A model generated the notes under the pieces. That model was not told the origin of the DNA. It searched no databases and was given only the letters and a program-made list of their open reading frames with translations. DNA of 64,000 nucleotides from Blastocatellia bacterium. GTDB lineage: Bacteria > Acidobacteriota > Blastocatellia > UBA7656. Positions 48,491-58,200 of the stretch are shown one piece after another. Where the stretch lies: contig JBKHYJ010000050.1 in assembly GCA_046565505.1 (NCBI GenBank), positions 32,415-96,414 of the forward strand, read 5' to 3'. The translations under genes were made by a program, and so were the position numbers. Each line of letters opens with the position of its first letter. Positions within the stretch are counted from its first letter, which is position 1.

Positions 48491-48721
48491 TTAGAAGGGG
48501 TATGAGTAGGGGCAGCCTCTGGCACAGTTAAAATACGCCGACTCGCAATCAGTACTGTTACCTCCACTATCGATACACTCGACATACGGGCACCAGCATT
48601 TATCACAACAGGGTGGAAGCGAAGAGCAACTTGCGCTCGTTGCAGAGCCCGAGAATGTTGCTGGAACGAGCAACATTAAAAGCACGCTCGGCACTATCCA
48701 CAGAGTTATACAGTTATCCAC
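48491..48721 (-). CDS. Secreted Cys-rich peptide 2 (5' end possibly damaged)
   Basis: Hydrophobic leader and the same Cx3Cx6C...Cx6Cx3C pattern. Confidence 0.55.
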   Translation of the reverse strand: MDNCITLWIVPSVLLMLLVPATFSGSATSASCSSLPPCCDKCWCPYVECIDSGGNSTDCESAYFNCARGCPYSYPF

Positions 48722-48755
48722 AGAGACAAATTCACCAATTTGCTATACTGAAGAT

Positions 48756-49151
48756 ACAAAAGAATACCGTCTAATGACGGGGCGCTATAAGGAAGCAGAA
48801 GACCGTTAAGGTGCTTCCACCGAGCAAGAAAGTCCGAAAGGATTAGTAAGGTTCGGGGTAGCGCCTCAGCGGTTTTCTTTTGCTAAACAACCATCAGAGG
48901 CTCTTGGTAGCTCCTCGTAAGGAAATGATTCTCTTTTGGGGGAAAAGTTTACAGCTGGGATATGTCTAAATTGCTCCGATAGGGCATATTCTTCCCCCAC
49001 AAGAGAGTCATTTACCTAAATCAGAAGCTCCCCCTATTGAGAGCCATCGCCTATCTTCGCGCTAATAACCTCCTGACCTCAGATGACGTTTTGGAGAAGC
49101 TTGTCACCATAACGTCGCCGGCCCGGAAGTGAGAACTTCCGGGCCGGCTTT
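48756..49151 (+). ncRNA. Candidate ~400-nt structured RNA, family unknown
   Basis: Extended -10 TGCTATACT (48741-48749), long G:U-containing stems (48797-48878; 48920-49017), terminal 14-bp GAGA-loop hairpin (49117-49148). Confidence 0.5.
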
Positions 49152-49171
49152 AAGTGCAAGTAATTAAAAGG

Positions 49172-49244
49172 TGACTCGTACGGGATTTGAACCCGTGTTA
49201 CCGCCGTGAAAGGGCGGTGTCCTAGGCCCCTAGACGAACGAGTC
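49172..49244 (-). tRNA. tRNA-Glu(TTC)
   Basis: GACTCGT/ACGAGTC acceptor, CCGCC-CTTTCAC-GGCGG anticodon arm, GGTTCAAATCC T-arm. Confidence 0.96.
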
Positions 49245-49313
49245 AAAACAGAAGGATGAAGGCGAAGGGTAAATCACCTTGAGGGAGTCAATCTCATTTT
49301 TCATCCTCACAGA

Positions 49314-49357
49314 GTGAGCCGCGGAGGAGCCAGACTCCCGACACGCTGGTTAAAAGC
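49314..49357 (-). pseudogene. Decayed 3' half of tRNA-Lys(TTT)
   Basis: Minus strand CTTTTAA-CCAGC...TCCTCC-GCGGCTC-AC; T-loop eroded and 5' half absent. Confidence 0.6.
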
Positions 49358-49638
49358 TAACAGCGGGTCCACGGCGAAAGGTAATCATAAACAAACTCAT
49401 AATATTTTTGCAAGGAAGGAGCACGCACAAGCTCAGAGTTGTCTACTTCCTGCTTTCTAAACATTGTCTAAACTGATTTGCATTTTAAGTTACTGATCAG
49501 TCAGTAAGGAACCAGCAGCACGAAGCCCACTCCAATGATTCATGGCGCGAGAAAGTAGTTACCTATAGGACTCGCGATTATGTCTGAAGTTTTAGGACCC
49601 GGCCGCAGGCCGCGCCTGACGCAAAGGGAAAATATCCC

Positions 49639-49727
49639 GTAACGCAATTGTAAGATAACTGTTATCTCACCCCTGCCTGGTACTTCATATAATGACTTCA
49701 GGAGGCGAACAATGAATACAGAACATG
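49639..49727 (+). repeat. Upstream module copy 1 (motif + RBS + MNTEH start)
   Basis: GTAACGCAATTGTAAG...AGGAGGCG..CAATGAATACAGAACAT, similar to 54827-54919. Confidence 0.75.
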
Positions 49728-50220
49728 CAACAGGTGCTCGCAGCAAAGGCCGTATAAGTCAGTGGGCGCGTTTCCGTGAGCGCAGGATTATTCTCGTGGA
49801 CCTGGGCGCGGATCTTTGGTCGAGGGGGCCGCCGGCAGATAAAAATGACCAGCGCCACACATGCGCAAGGTGCCGTATGCGTTAGCAAAAAATCTTGCGC
49901 GTAATCAAAAACCCTTGATCGCCGGCGGTAAGCGCTGATTACAGGAGGCCAGACATGGAACTCAGGAAACCAGGTCGCGGGACGAACAAATCAATCTACG
50001 CGCATGGTGGCGGGCTTGGCGGGTACTGCTTAACTGTATTTGAAAAACAGGTCCGGGAGGGTCTGATCATCCCCCCCTTCTCCTTCGAGATGGAGCGTGA
50101 CATAATCCTGTACGCCGCGAGGGCGTTCACGTAGCGGCCTGCCACAGTCGCCTTAAAACGCTCGATGCGAGATAATCTACCGCCACATAGAGTTTGCTCC
50201 CGTAAAGCATAGGCGTCGAG

Positions 50221-53200
50221 ATGAAGAAATCGGAAATACCTGTACTTTTGATTCATGCAGGATTGAGCCAATGTGAAAAGGTAGTAGATTTTCTCCGAGA
50301 TTACTGTTTCTACCGCGTGGACACCGCTACGGATGCTGAAAAAGCGCTCGACCTCGCCGCCAGTCATGTGGACTCCCATCATTTAGCACTCGTTGACTTC
50401 GGCCTGACCGCGGGCGGAGGCGAAAGGCCCGGCCGTATAGCGATTGACCTGATCCGAAAGATCAAGGCCGAGTCGCCCGATACGGAAATAATAGCCTTTC
50501 TTGCCGCCGACCCCGCCGGCGTTGACGAGGCCTTACATGCGGGCGTATTTCGCTGCCTGGCGGAACCCATCAACTTCTCAGAGCTAGCCACCGTTATGCG
50601 ACAAGCCCTTGAGCACCGGGAGTTAAAAATGCAGGCGCAAGAAAATCAAGCCCTCGAACAATTGATGCAAGCCAGCGCGGGCCTGCTGGCCGGGCAGAGT
50701 GAAGAAGCCGTCCTTGATTGCAGCCTGAAGGCCATCGGAATCCTGGCCTTTGACCGCGCGCGGCTCTACCTTTTATCTGATGACAAAGAGTTCCTCGTAT
50801 GTAAGGCGCAGTCGGGCATGCCCGATAACTACGTCGGCCAAAAGTGGCCTGTCGCGGACAGTAAGAGCCTACAGATTCTTTTGAGGGAGCAGCGCGCCAT
50901 TGTATTTAAGTACGCGGGCGGAGACCCGTGGCCTCCCGGCGACCTGCTTAATGATGATGGCGGCGGCGAATGCGGGCTTGTTCCACTGCTGTCGCGCGGG
51001 GAGCTGATCGGGCAACTGTCCGTTGATAATAAAGTCAGCCGCCGCCCGATTCTGGAGCGTAACCTGCGCACCCTTTCCACCTTCGCCTCACACACGGCCG
51101 CCGCAATAGAGAACGCGCGGCTGCTGGCCGGCGTCGAGAGGCGCGCGCACAATCTCTCGGCCGTCCTGAAAGCTTTGTCCTCAATCGGCTCCTCGCTCGA
51201 CCTGGGTGAGGCTATGAAATCTGCCTGCCGCGCCGCCGTGGAGTTACTGGGCGTGGACCATAGCGGGTTGGTGCTCTTCGCGCCCGACCTCAAAACAGGC
51301 CCTGTGAGCGCCGAGCACCCGGAAAATCTGGGGGCGCGAAATCTCGAGATACCTTTGTGGCGAGTCCCGACCGAAGAACAGTTAATACATTCCCGAGAGC
51401 CTGTCATCATAAGCGACGTCGCCGGCGACGCCTCCCTGGGCCCTGTCCGCGATATCCTCGTCGGGCTGGGCGTGTGCTCGATCTTAATTGTGCCAATCGT
51501 AATAAAAGGCGATGTGGTCGGCTCATTCAGCCTGGACTCGCTCGACCGCAAGCGCGTATTCGCGAATGAAGACGTCGAGCTGTGTAAAGTTTTCGCGTCC
51601 CATGTCGCGGTGGCTATAAATAACGCACAACTCTTTCGGCGGGCCAGGCGGGAGGTGAGAAAACTCACTGCGCTCAGGCAAACGACTCTTGCAATCAATT
51701 CGACGCTCAGCCGCACGACCCTGCTCAGAAATATCATCCGCTCGGCCGTGAGGCTGCTCGGGGCTAAAAGCGGCGGGCTGTACCAGTACTTCCCCGAGCA
51801 CCGCAAGTTGGTCGTCATAGCCGATTACAACCGCCCCGGCCACCTCAATAAAGCGTTGGGCCTCGGCGAAGGCATGGCGGGAAAACTCATCGAAAGGGGC
51901 GAGCTTTCCATGATCATACCTGACTATGCCAAATGGGAAGGCCGCACGCACATATACGACGATACGCAGCCCTTCGGCGCGGTCGTCAGTGTCCCTTTGA
52001 AATGGAAGAAGCAGGTGACCGGGGTGCTCTACGTTGACGACGCGGTGGGGAGAGAATTCGACGACGACGACGCCCGCCTCCTGGGCCTGTTTGCCGACCA
52101 GGCCGCGCTGGCCCTGTCGAACGCCCAGTTGATTGCCAAAGACGAAGAGAAGCTGAGACGCCTGGAGAAACTCTCGCAGGCGACGACGGGGGTGATGAGG
52201 GCGACGACCCTCGATGACCGCCTGAAATTGATCGTCAGGCACACGGCGGAAATACTGGAGGCGGACGTGTGCGGGGCTTATCTATTTAAGGAGGATGGCC
52301 GCACGCGCTTCGAGGCGTTTTATGGCCCCGACGAGCGCCTGGGCGGGCCGTCCGGGCCAATTCCCGGCGGACCCCAGGACGCGGCAGCCGCCGGCGGGGC
52401 GGCTGAAGGCTTTATAGTCTCGAATGAGGGCCGTTCAGTACTCGCCGTTGACCTGAAACATAAAAAGGAGGGTGAGGAAGAAAGGCTCGTCGGGCGTCTG
52501 TACGTCAGCAATAAGAAGAGTGAGAAGGACGGCGGCATGCCGTCCGCCGGCTTTTCCAGAGAAGACGAGTGGATACTGAACATACTGGCGGACGCGGCCG
52601 TCGTCGCGATTGAAAATGCGGAGCTCGTGCAGGAGGTCAGCAAGCGCAACGCGCACCTGGAGCTTCTCCTCGGGGTCAGCAATGCGTTATCTCAGGCGGG
52701 GGATTTGGCGGGGGGGCTACAGTACCTTGCGGAGATGCTGGCCTCCGTGCTGTCACATTCGTTCTGCCGCATACTCCTCATAGGGGAGGACGCGTCCTCG
52801 CTTAAAATGACTGCCGCCTATTATAGCCCGCAACAGTGCAGAGGCGTGCCTTCGGGCACCGGCGATCAGGAAACCGTCATGATGTCGGAGTGGCCCTGCC
52901 TGTATGAATTGCTCCGTAAGGGCGAGCCGGAAGTGCTCAGGCACGCCGGGCAGGCGTCCGGGCAGAGTCTAATAAGATTCTCTGAGAGGCTGGGGCTCGG
53001 GGCACCAATCCAGTCACTTCTTATCGTGCCGCTGAAGATAGAAGGCAGGCTGGTGGGGATGTTTGATTTGGGAGACGTGATCGACAAAGGCGTGAATCCG
53101 TTTGCCGACGAAGAAATAGAGATGGTCAAGGCCATAGCCGCGCAGGCCACCGCTTTGATAGACCGCATGCGCCGCAACGCGGAACGCGAGAACCTGCATA

Positions 53201-54663
53201 AGGCGGCCCAGGCCATGTCGCGCTTCTTCGAGCTGGGGGACGTATTACGCCCGGTCGTGTCCAGCGTGAAAGACGCGCTGGGCGCTGATTCCGTCGCGGT
53301 ATTGCCCTATGACGAAGGCATAGACATGTTCATTCCTGCGGGAGTGACTTTGCTATCCATAATAGCGAATCAGGCATCCATAGCCATCAGAACCGCTGAG
53401 CAATGCGAGGCCATCAAGAGACGGAGCGCCTACCTCGACGCGCTTTGCAGGGCGGGCAAAGCCATCACGGCCTCTTTCGGCTCCGGGCGCAAGCAGGTCT
53501 TGGGCCGCATCGTCGAGCAGGCCGTCGAGTGTCTCAAGGTGGGTAAGGGGCTGGCGGTAGCCTTCGGCACTATACAGTTGTACAACGACGAGACGGACGA
53601 GCTGCACTTTGAAAGCGCCTTCTCGCCCGAGTACACCGAAGTGTTCGCGAGGCTCGGGGAGGTAAGATTTGTTAAGGGCGTGGGGAAGGGCCATAGGCGG
53701 GGCATAGCGGGCCGCGCGGTCCTGACGCGAGAGCCTCAGCTCGTGGGCGACGTCACGAAAGATCAAGACTACGTAGAGTTCGACCCGCGGATGAAATCCG
53801 CCCTCTGCGTCCCGCTCCTGGACCAGGGCAAGGTCCTAGGGGTCCTCGGCATGGAGAGCGACCAGGAGAATGGTTTTGACATGGCTGACCTCAGCACGCT
53901 GGAGGGGCTGGCCGAACTCGCCGTCATCGCCATAAGGAACGCCCAGCAGTACGACGACCTGAAAAACACCAGGGTGCTGGCGGAATCCAGAGCTGCCCTC
54001 GCCTGGATGGGGATGACCAGCAGCACGTGGCGCCATATGATTCATGGGCATGCAATTACGATAAAAGACCTGGTGGAGCTGGCCCTCTCAGACCTCGACA
54101 AGAGCTCTCTAAAGGAGGTCAGGGAAAAGCTGTCAGATATATCTGACCTGGCGATGCTGATTCAGCAGCACCCCATCACGGCCCCGCTGTCTTCCGAAGA
54201 GGGCGTGAGGTCCATCCTCGTCAACGCGCTGCTGCGAGAAAGGATGGGCCAACTCTGGGAGCACGAGGCGTATAAATCCGTCGAGCTTCGGTTCGACTTC
54301 AGGCTGCCGGGCGCGGCGACCGTCAGGGCTAACCCCGACTGGCTAAACCGCGCGCTCGGCGTGCTGGTAGACAATGCTATAGACGCCATGAAAGCGTCCG
54401 GCGAAAGGGTCCTCAGCGTCAGCAGCCGCGCGGCGGGCAGGGTCGCCCAGATCGAGATAAAAGACACGGGCGATGGGATCCCGTCCCACATACTCGGCAG
54501 AGTTTTGCAAAAGCCGATCGAGCACCCGAAGGGCACAAAAAAATTAGGGCTGGGGCTTTTGATGGCGCGCCTCATCGTCCAGGTTTACGGCGGCGAGCTC
54601 CGCTGTAAGGAGACCGGGCCGGCGGGGACCACTATGGTGCTCAGCCTGCCGTTGGAGGCGTGA
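50221..54663 (+). CDS. Hybrid histidine kinase: receiver + about 7 GAF domains + HATPase
   Basis: N-terminal receiver, repeated GAF ends (AxxAAxAIxNA), WRH H-box, LVDNAIDA, DTGDGI and GLGL. Confidence 0.9.
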   Translation: MKKSEIPVLLIHAGLSQCEKVVDFLRDYCFYRVDTATDAEKALDLAASHVDSHHLALVDFGLTAGGGERPGRIAIDLIRKIKAESPDTEIIAFLAADPAGVDEALHAGVFRCLAEPINFSELATVMRQALEHRELKMQAQENQALEQLMQASAGLLAGQSEEAVLDCSLKAIGILAFDRARLYLLSDDKEFLVCKAQSGMPDNYVGQKWPVADSKSLQILLREQRAIVFKYAGGDPWPPGDLLNDDGGGECGLVPLLSRGELIGQLSVDNKVSRRPILERNLRTLSTFASHTAAAIENARLLAGVERRAHNLSAVLKALSSIGSSLDLGEAMKSACRAAVELLGVDHSGLVLFAPDLKTGPVSAEHPENLGARNLEIPLWRVPTEEQLIHSREPVIISDVAGDASLGPVRDILVGLGVCSILIVPIVIKGDVVGSFSLDSLDRKRVFANEDVELCKVFASHVAVAINNAQLFRRARREVRKLTALRQTTLAINSTLSRTTLLRNIIRSAVRLLGAKSGGLYQYFPEHRKLVVIADYNRPGHLNKALGLGEGMAGKLIERGELSMIIPDYAKWEGRTHIYDDTQPFGAVVSVPLKWKKQVTGVLYVDDAVGREFDDDDARLLGLFADQAALALSNAQLIAKDEEKLRRLEKLSQATTGVMRATTLDDRLKLIVRHTAEILEADVCGAYLFKEDGRTRFEAFYGPDERLGGPSGPIPGGPQDAAAAGGAAEGFIVSNEGRSVLAVDLKHKKEGEEERLVGRLYVSNKKSEKDGGMPSAGFSREDEWILNILADAAVVAIENAELVQEVSKRNAHLELLLGVSNALSQAGDLAGGLQYLAEMLASVLSHSFCRILLIGEDASSLKMTAAYYSPQQCRGVPSGTGDQETVMMSEWPCLYELLRKGEPEVLRHAGQASGQSLIRFSERLGLGAPIQSLLIVPLKIEGRLVGMFDLGDVIDKGVNPFADEEIEMVKAIAAQATALIDRMRRNAERENLHKAAQAMSRFFELGDVLRPVVSSVKDALGADSVAVLPYDEGIDMFIPAGVTLLSIIANQASIAIRTAEQCEAIKRRSAYLDALCRAGKAITASFGSGRKQVLGRIVEQAVECLKVGKGLAVAFGTIQLYNDETDELHFESAFSPEYTEVFARLGEVRFVKGVGKGHRRGIAGRAVLTREPQLVGDVTKDQDYVEFDPRMKSALCVPLLDQGKVLGVLGMESDQENGFDMADLSTLEGLAELAVIAIRNAQQYDDLKNTRVLAESRAALAWMGMTSSTWRHMIHGHAITIKDLVELALSDLDKSSLKEVREKLSDISDLAMLIQQHPITAPLSSEEGVRSILVNALLRERMGQLWEHEAYKSVELRFDFRLPGAATVRANPDWLNRALGVLVDNAIDAMKASGERVLSVSSRAAGRVAQIEIKDTGDGIPSHILGRVLQKPIEHPKGTKKLGLGLLMARLIVQVYGGELRCKETGPAGTTMVLSLPLEA

Positions 54664-54826
54664 GCGGCTGCGCGCGCAGAGCGCACCCGCGGCCCCTTTG
54701 ACCCGCCGCGCCGGGGCAGTTCAATCCCACATTAGTTGAATCCATCCCCTCGCCCAAGCCGCGGCACCCGCGCATGGCCGGGTGCCGCGAACTTCATGTC
54801 GTAGCGGCGTCGCCGGCCGGAAAGTG

Positions 54827-54919
54827 GTAATGCAATTGTAAGGTGTTTGTCACCTGCCCGCGCCATGCCTCTGCGTAAAATGGATCACTGTAAGGAGGCG
54901 GGCAATGAATACAGAGCAT
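54827..54919 (+). repeat. Upstream module copy 2
   Basis: GTAATGCAATTGTAAG...AGGAGGCGGGCAATGAATACAGAGCAT. Confidence 0.75.
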
Positions 54920-55228
54920 CGAGTTAGCTTCCGCGGCAGTCAAAGGTTCGGCGGCATGTGGCGTTGCATGAAATCGTTTCACCCGCGCGCCCGCGCGGGC
55001 CGCACGAGGGGGCCTCCCGGGCCCCGCGCAGGGCGAATTTTAGGGTCTGATTTTCATCGTGATCGCTGGCGGGGAGGGGCATTTGTGATTATTATAGCTG
55101 AGCCTACGGCTCAGGAATCGCCTCGGGTTAATCAAGAGGCCGGACCATCCAAAAATAGCATCAATAACACAATATTGAGCTAGAGGTATCACAACACCAG
55201 CGAAAGGACTTGGTCTAATAAGGCGTAG

Positions 55229-58200
55229 ATGAAAAAAAACCAGATACCAAAGGATGTCAAAAACTACATGGCGAGCGTAGTCAGCGCCCTGCCGAGCGCA
55301 GTGATCGTGTCCGACCTGCGGGGAGACGTGGTCGTCTCCAACGACCGCGCGCGGGAGATTCTCGGCCGCGACCGGGATGAAATAATCAACACCCCCGTCG
55401 CCGAGCTTTTCTACAGCGCGGGCGAATTCGAGAGCACGAACGCTCAACTCAGTAAGGCCGAGGGCGGCAAGCTGATGGGCGTCGAAACCTCGATGAGGGA
55501 CAGAAATGGCAAAGAGGTGGCCGTGCGTCTGTCGGTCACGGAGCTTCGCGACGGTGAGGGGGATCACGTCGGCAGGGTCGATTGCTTCGACGAAATCAGG
55601 CAGCTCGAGCGCGGCCTGCTCCTGCTGTTGAAGGCGAGCAATTTCATCAGCCAGGCGGAGAACCTCAGGGAGGGGATGGAACGCCTCGCGGAGATGATAA
55701 CGTCGCTGCTTTCGAGCACCTTCTGCCGGATACTGTTGCTGGATGAGGGCGGCGAATGCCTTATAGCCAGCGCGGCCTACCACACGCGGCGCGGCAACGG
55801 CTCTTTTAAATGGAAGGACCGCCTCGGCGAAAAGACTTCGATCGACAAGTGGCCGGGGCTGCGGGGGCGGCTCAAAGGGGGGAAGCCAACAGTCCTCGCC
55901 ATAGGCGACAAGGAAGTGAGCGGCAACCTCTTGATGCTGACCGAGCGCCTGGGCCTCGACAGGCCTATCCAGTCTTTGCTCTCGGTGCCCCTGACGGCGA
56001 ATGGCAAAATCATAGGGCTGCTGCACGTCGGGGAGGTCAGGAACGAAGAGAGGCAGATGTTCAGACAGGATAAGGTAGAGCTGGCGGCCGCCATCGCCGC
56101 GCACGTCGCCGCCCTGATCGACAGCCGGAGGCTGAAAGAAACTACCGACAGGAATAATCACCTCCTTGCGGCGCTCAACGAGGCATCACTTCACATACGC
56201 GCCGAAAAGGAACAGCACAAGCTCTTAAAGGAAGTCGTGCGCCTCGCCGTCGACCTCGTCCGCTGCGACGTCGGCGCCCTGTTCGTTTACAACTACATGA
56301 TGAAGAAGCTCGAACTCGCCACCTCCTATGGGTTCGACGGGAGGCTGTTTAAAGACCCGCTCCCTTACGACGATAACGTCATCGGCTCGGTCATCTGCAA
56401 GGGCGCTCCCCAGGTGACCGACCGCGAGTCCGCGCCCGGCGACGTGGTCCTGTCCGCCCTCGGGCTGGAGACCGTCATCGCCATCCCTCTCAAGGAGGCC
56501 GGGGCCACGGAGGCCGTCCTCCTCATCGGCGACCGCAAGGGCGACAGGCAATTCGCGGCCTCAGACATAGACATCCTCGTACAGTTCGCGCTGCACACGT
56601 CGATCGCGTTGCGAACGTCCGAATTGATAGCGCAGGAGCAGCACAGGCTCAGCCAGTTCAACGTGCTGATCAGCATCATTCAGTACATACAGACCGAGAC
56701 GGATTGGGACAAGATCCTTCACATCATGCTTACGGGCGTTACGGCCGGCTTCGGCCTGGGCTTTAACCGCGCCGCCCTGTTCCTGCTAGAGGAGAACAGC
56801 AACTACCTCACGGGCAGGATGGGGATCGGCCAGGTCACAGAGCAGGAGGCGTTCCGGTCCTGGGAGGAGATCACGGACAAGGGGCTTTATGATTTCCAGC
56901 TCTACCTCGACGAGCTGAATAAGCCCGAGCGGCCGCCGCAGACTTCCATAAGCAAGAGGGTCTGCGACCTGCGGCTGCCCGTGAATATGGAGGGCTCCGA
57001 CGCCTTCTCGCTCGCCATGTCGGACCGCACCTGGCAGATGGTCAGGCCCGAAGATTCCGGCCGCCTGCCGGAAGCCTTCGTCGAGGCGTTCGAGCCCGAG
57101 TCGCCCGTCATCATAGTCCCGCTCCAGACGCGCAACCATGTCATAGGGCTGGTCGCCGCCGACAACAAATTCACGCGCTCGCCGATCACGGAAGAGGACA
57201 TCCGCCTGCTGATGACCTTCGTCGCCGCGGCCGCCATCGCCGGCGACATGGAGGGCCAGAGGCTGCGGTCCTATTTCGAGGCCAGCAACGCGCTCGTCCT
57301 GTCGGAAGACCCCCAGCAGGCGGTGCAGGACATAGTCGACCAGATGCGCGAAACCGCAAAGGCTTCCTGGGTCAGCCTAGTCTTGATCGACGACACGGAC
57401 AAGGCGCACTCCGTCGTCGCGTCCGGCACGACCGAGACGGTCAACGCGTCGAACGTCATGCGCTCTAACGGCATCTCGCTGGCCGTCAAGCAGGTCGCCA
57501 AGCCCAGGACGATTGAGGACGCCTCCAGGCAGCGCGGCGAGATCAATGAGATCATGCTGCGCGGGGGCAAGACGAAGGCCGCGCTCTGCCTGCCGGTCGT
57601 CATCAGGGACAGGTGCATCGGGGTGATGTGGTTCCTCTACGACGAGCCGCGCCACTTCCCCAAGTTCGAGATCGACGCGCTGCAATTCTACGTCACGCAG
57701 GCGGCCATCGCTTACATAAACGCGCAGCAGATAATGACGCTGAAGCACCTCGGCAAGTTCGCCCAATCCCTCGCCTCGTCCACAGAGCCGCGTAAAGTGC
57801 TCGAGCAGATCATCCTCGGCGCGAAGCTCGTCCTGAACGCCGACTCCGCCACCATCTGGTCCTACGACGCCTCCAAAGACAAATTCCTGCTCGAGCACTC
57901 AGACGTAAGCGGCATACCCGACGAGCACGCGGCCAGGATGAACAGGATCACGCCCAGCAGGCAGGGCACGGCCTACACCGTCATGCAACGCGGCTGGGTG
58001 GGCGTCAGGGACGTTAACGACTCCCGCAACTACGAGTTCATAGGCCCCGCCACCCGCAAGATACTCAACTCGCTCGGCGCGAAGAGCTTCCAGGGAATCG
58101 CCCTCAAGGCAGGCGACGAGAAGCTGGGCGTGCTTTACGTCAACTACAACACCCCGCGCGGGTTCGACGACGGCGATAAGAAAGCCGCCCAGGCCTTCGC

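Noticed and set aside
48694-48725. Chromosomal oriC
   Set aside because: Only two boxes, no dnaA/dnaN context and no clear unwinding element
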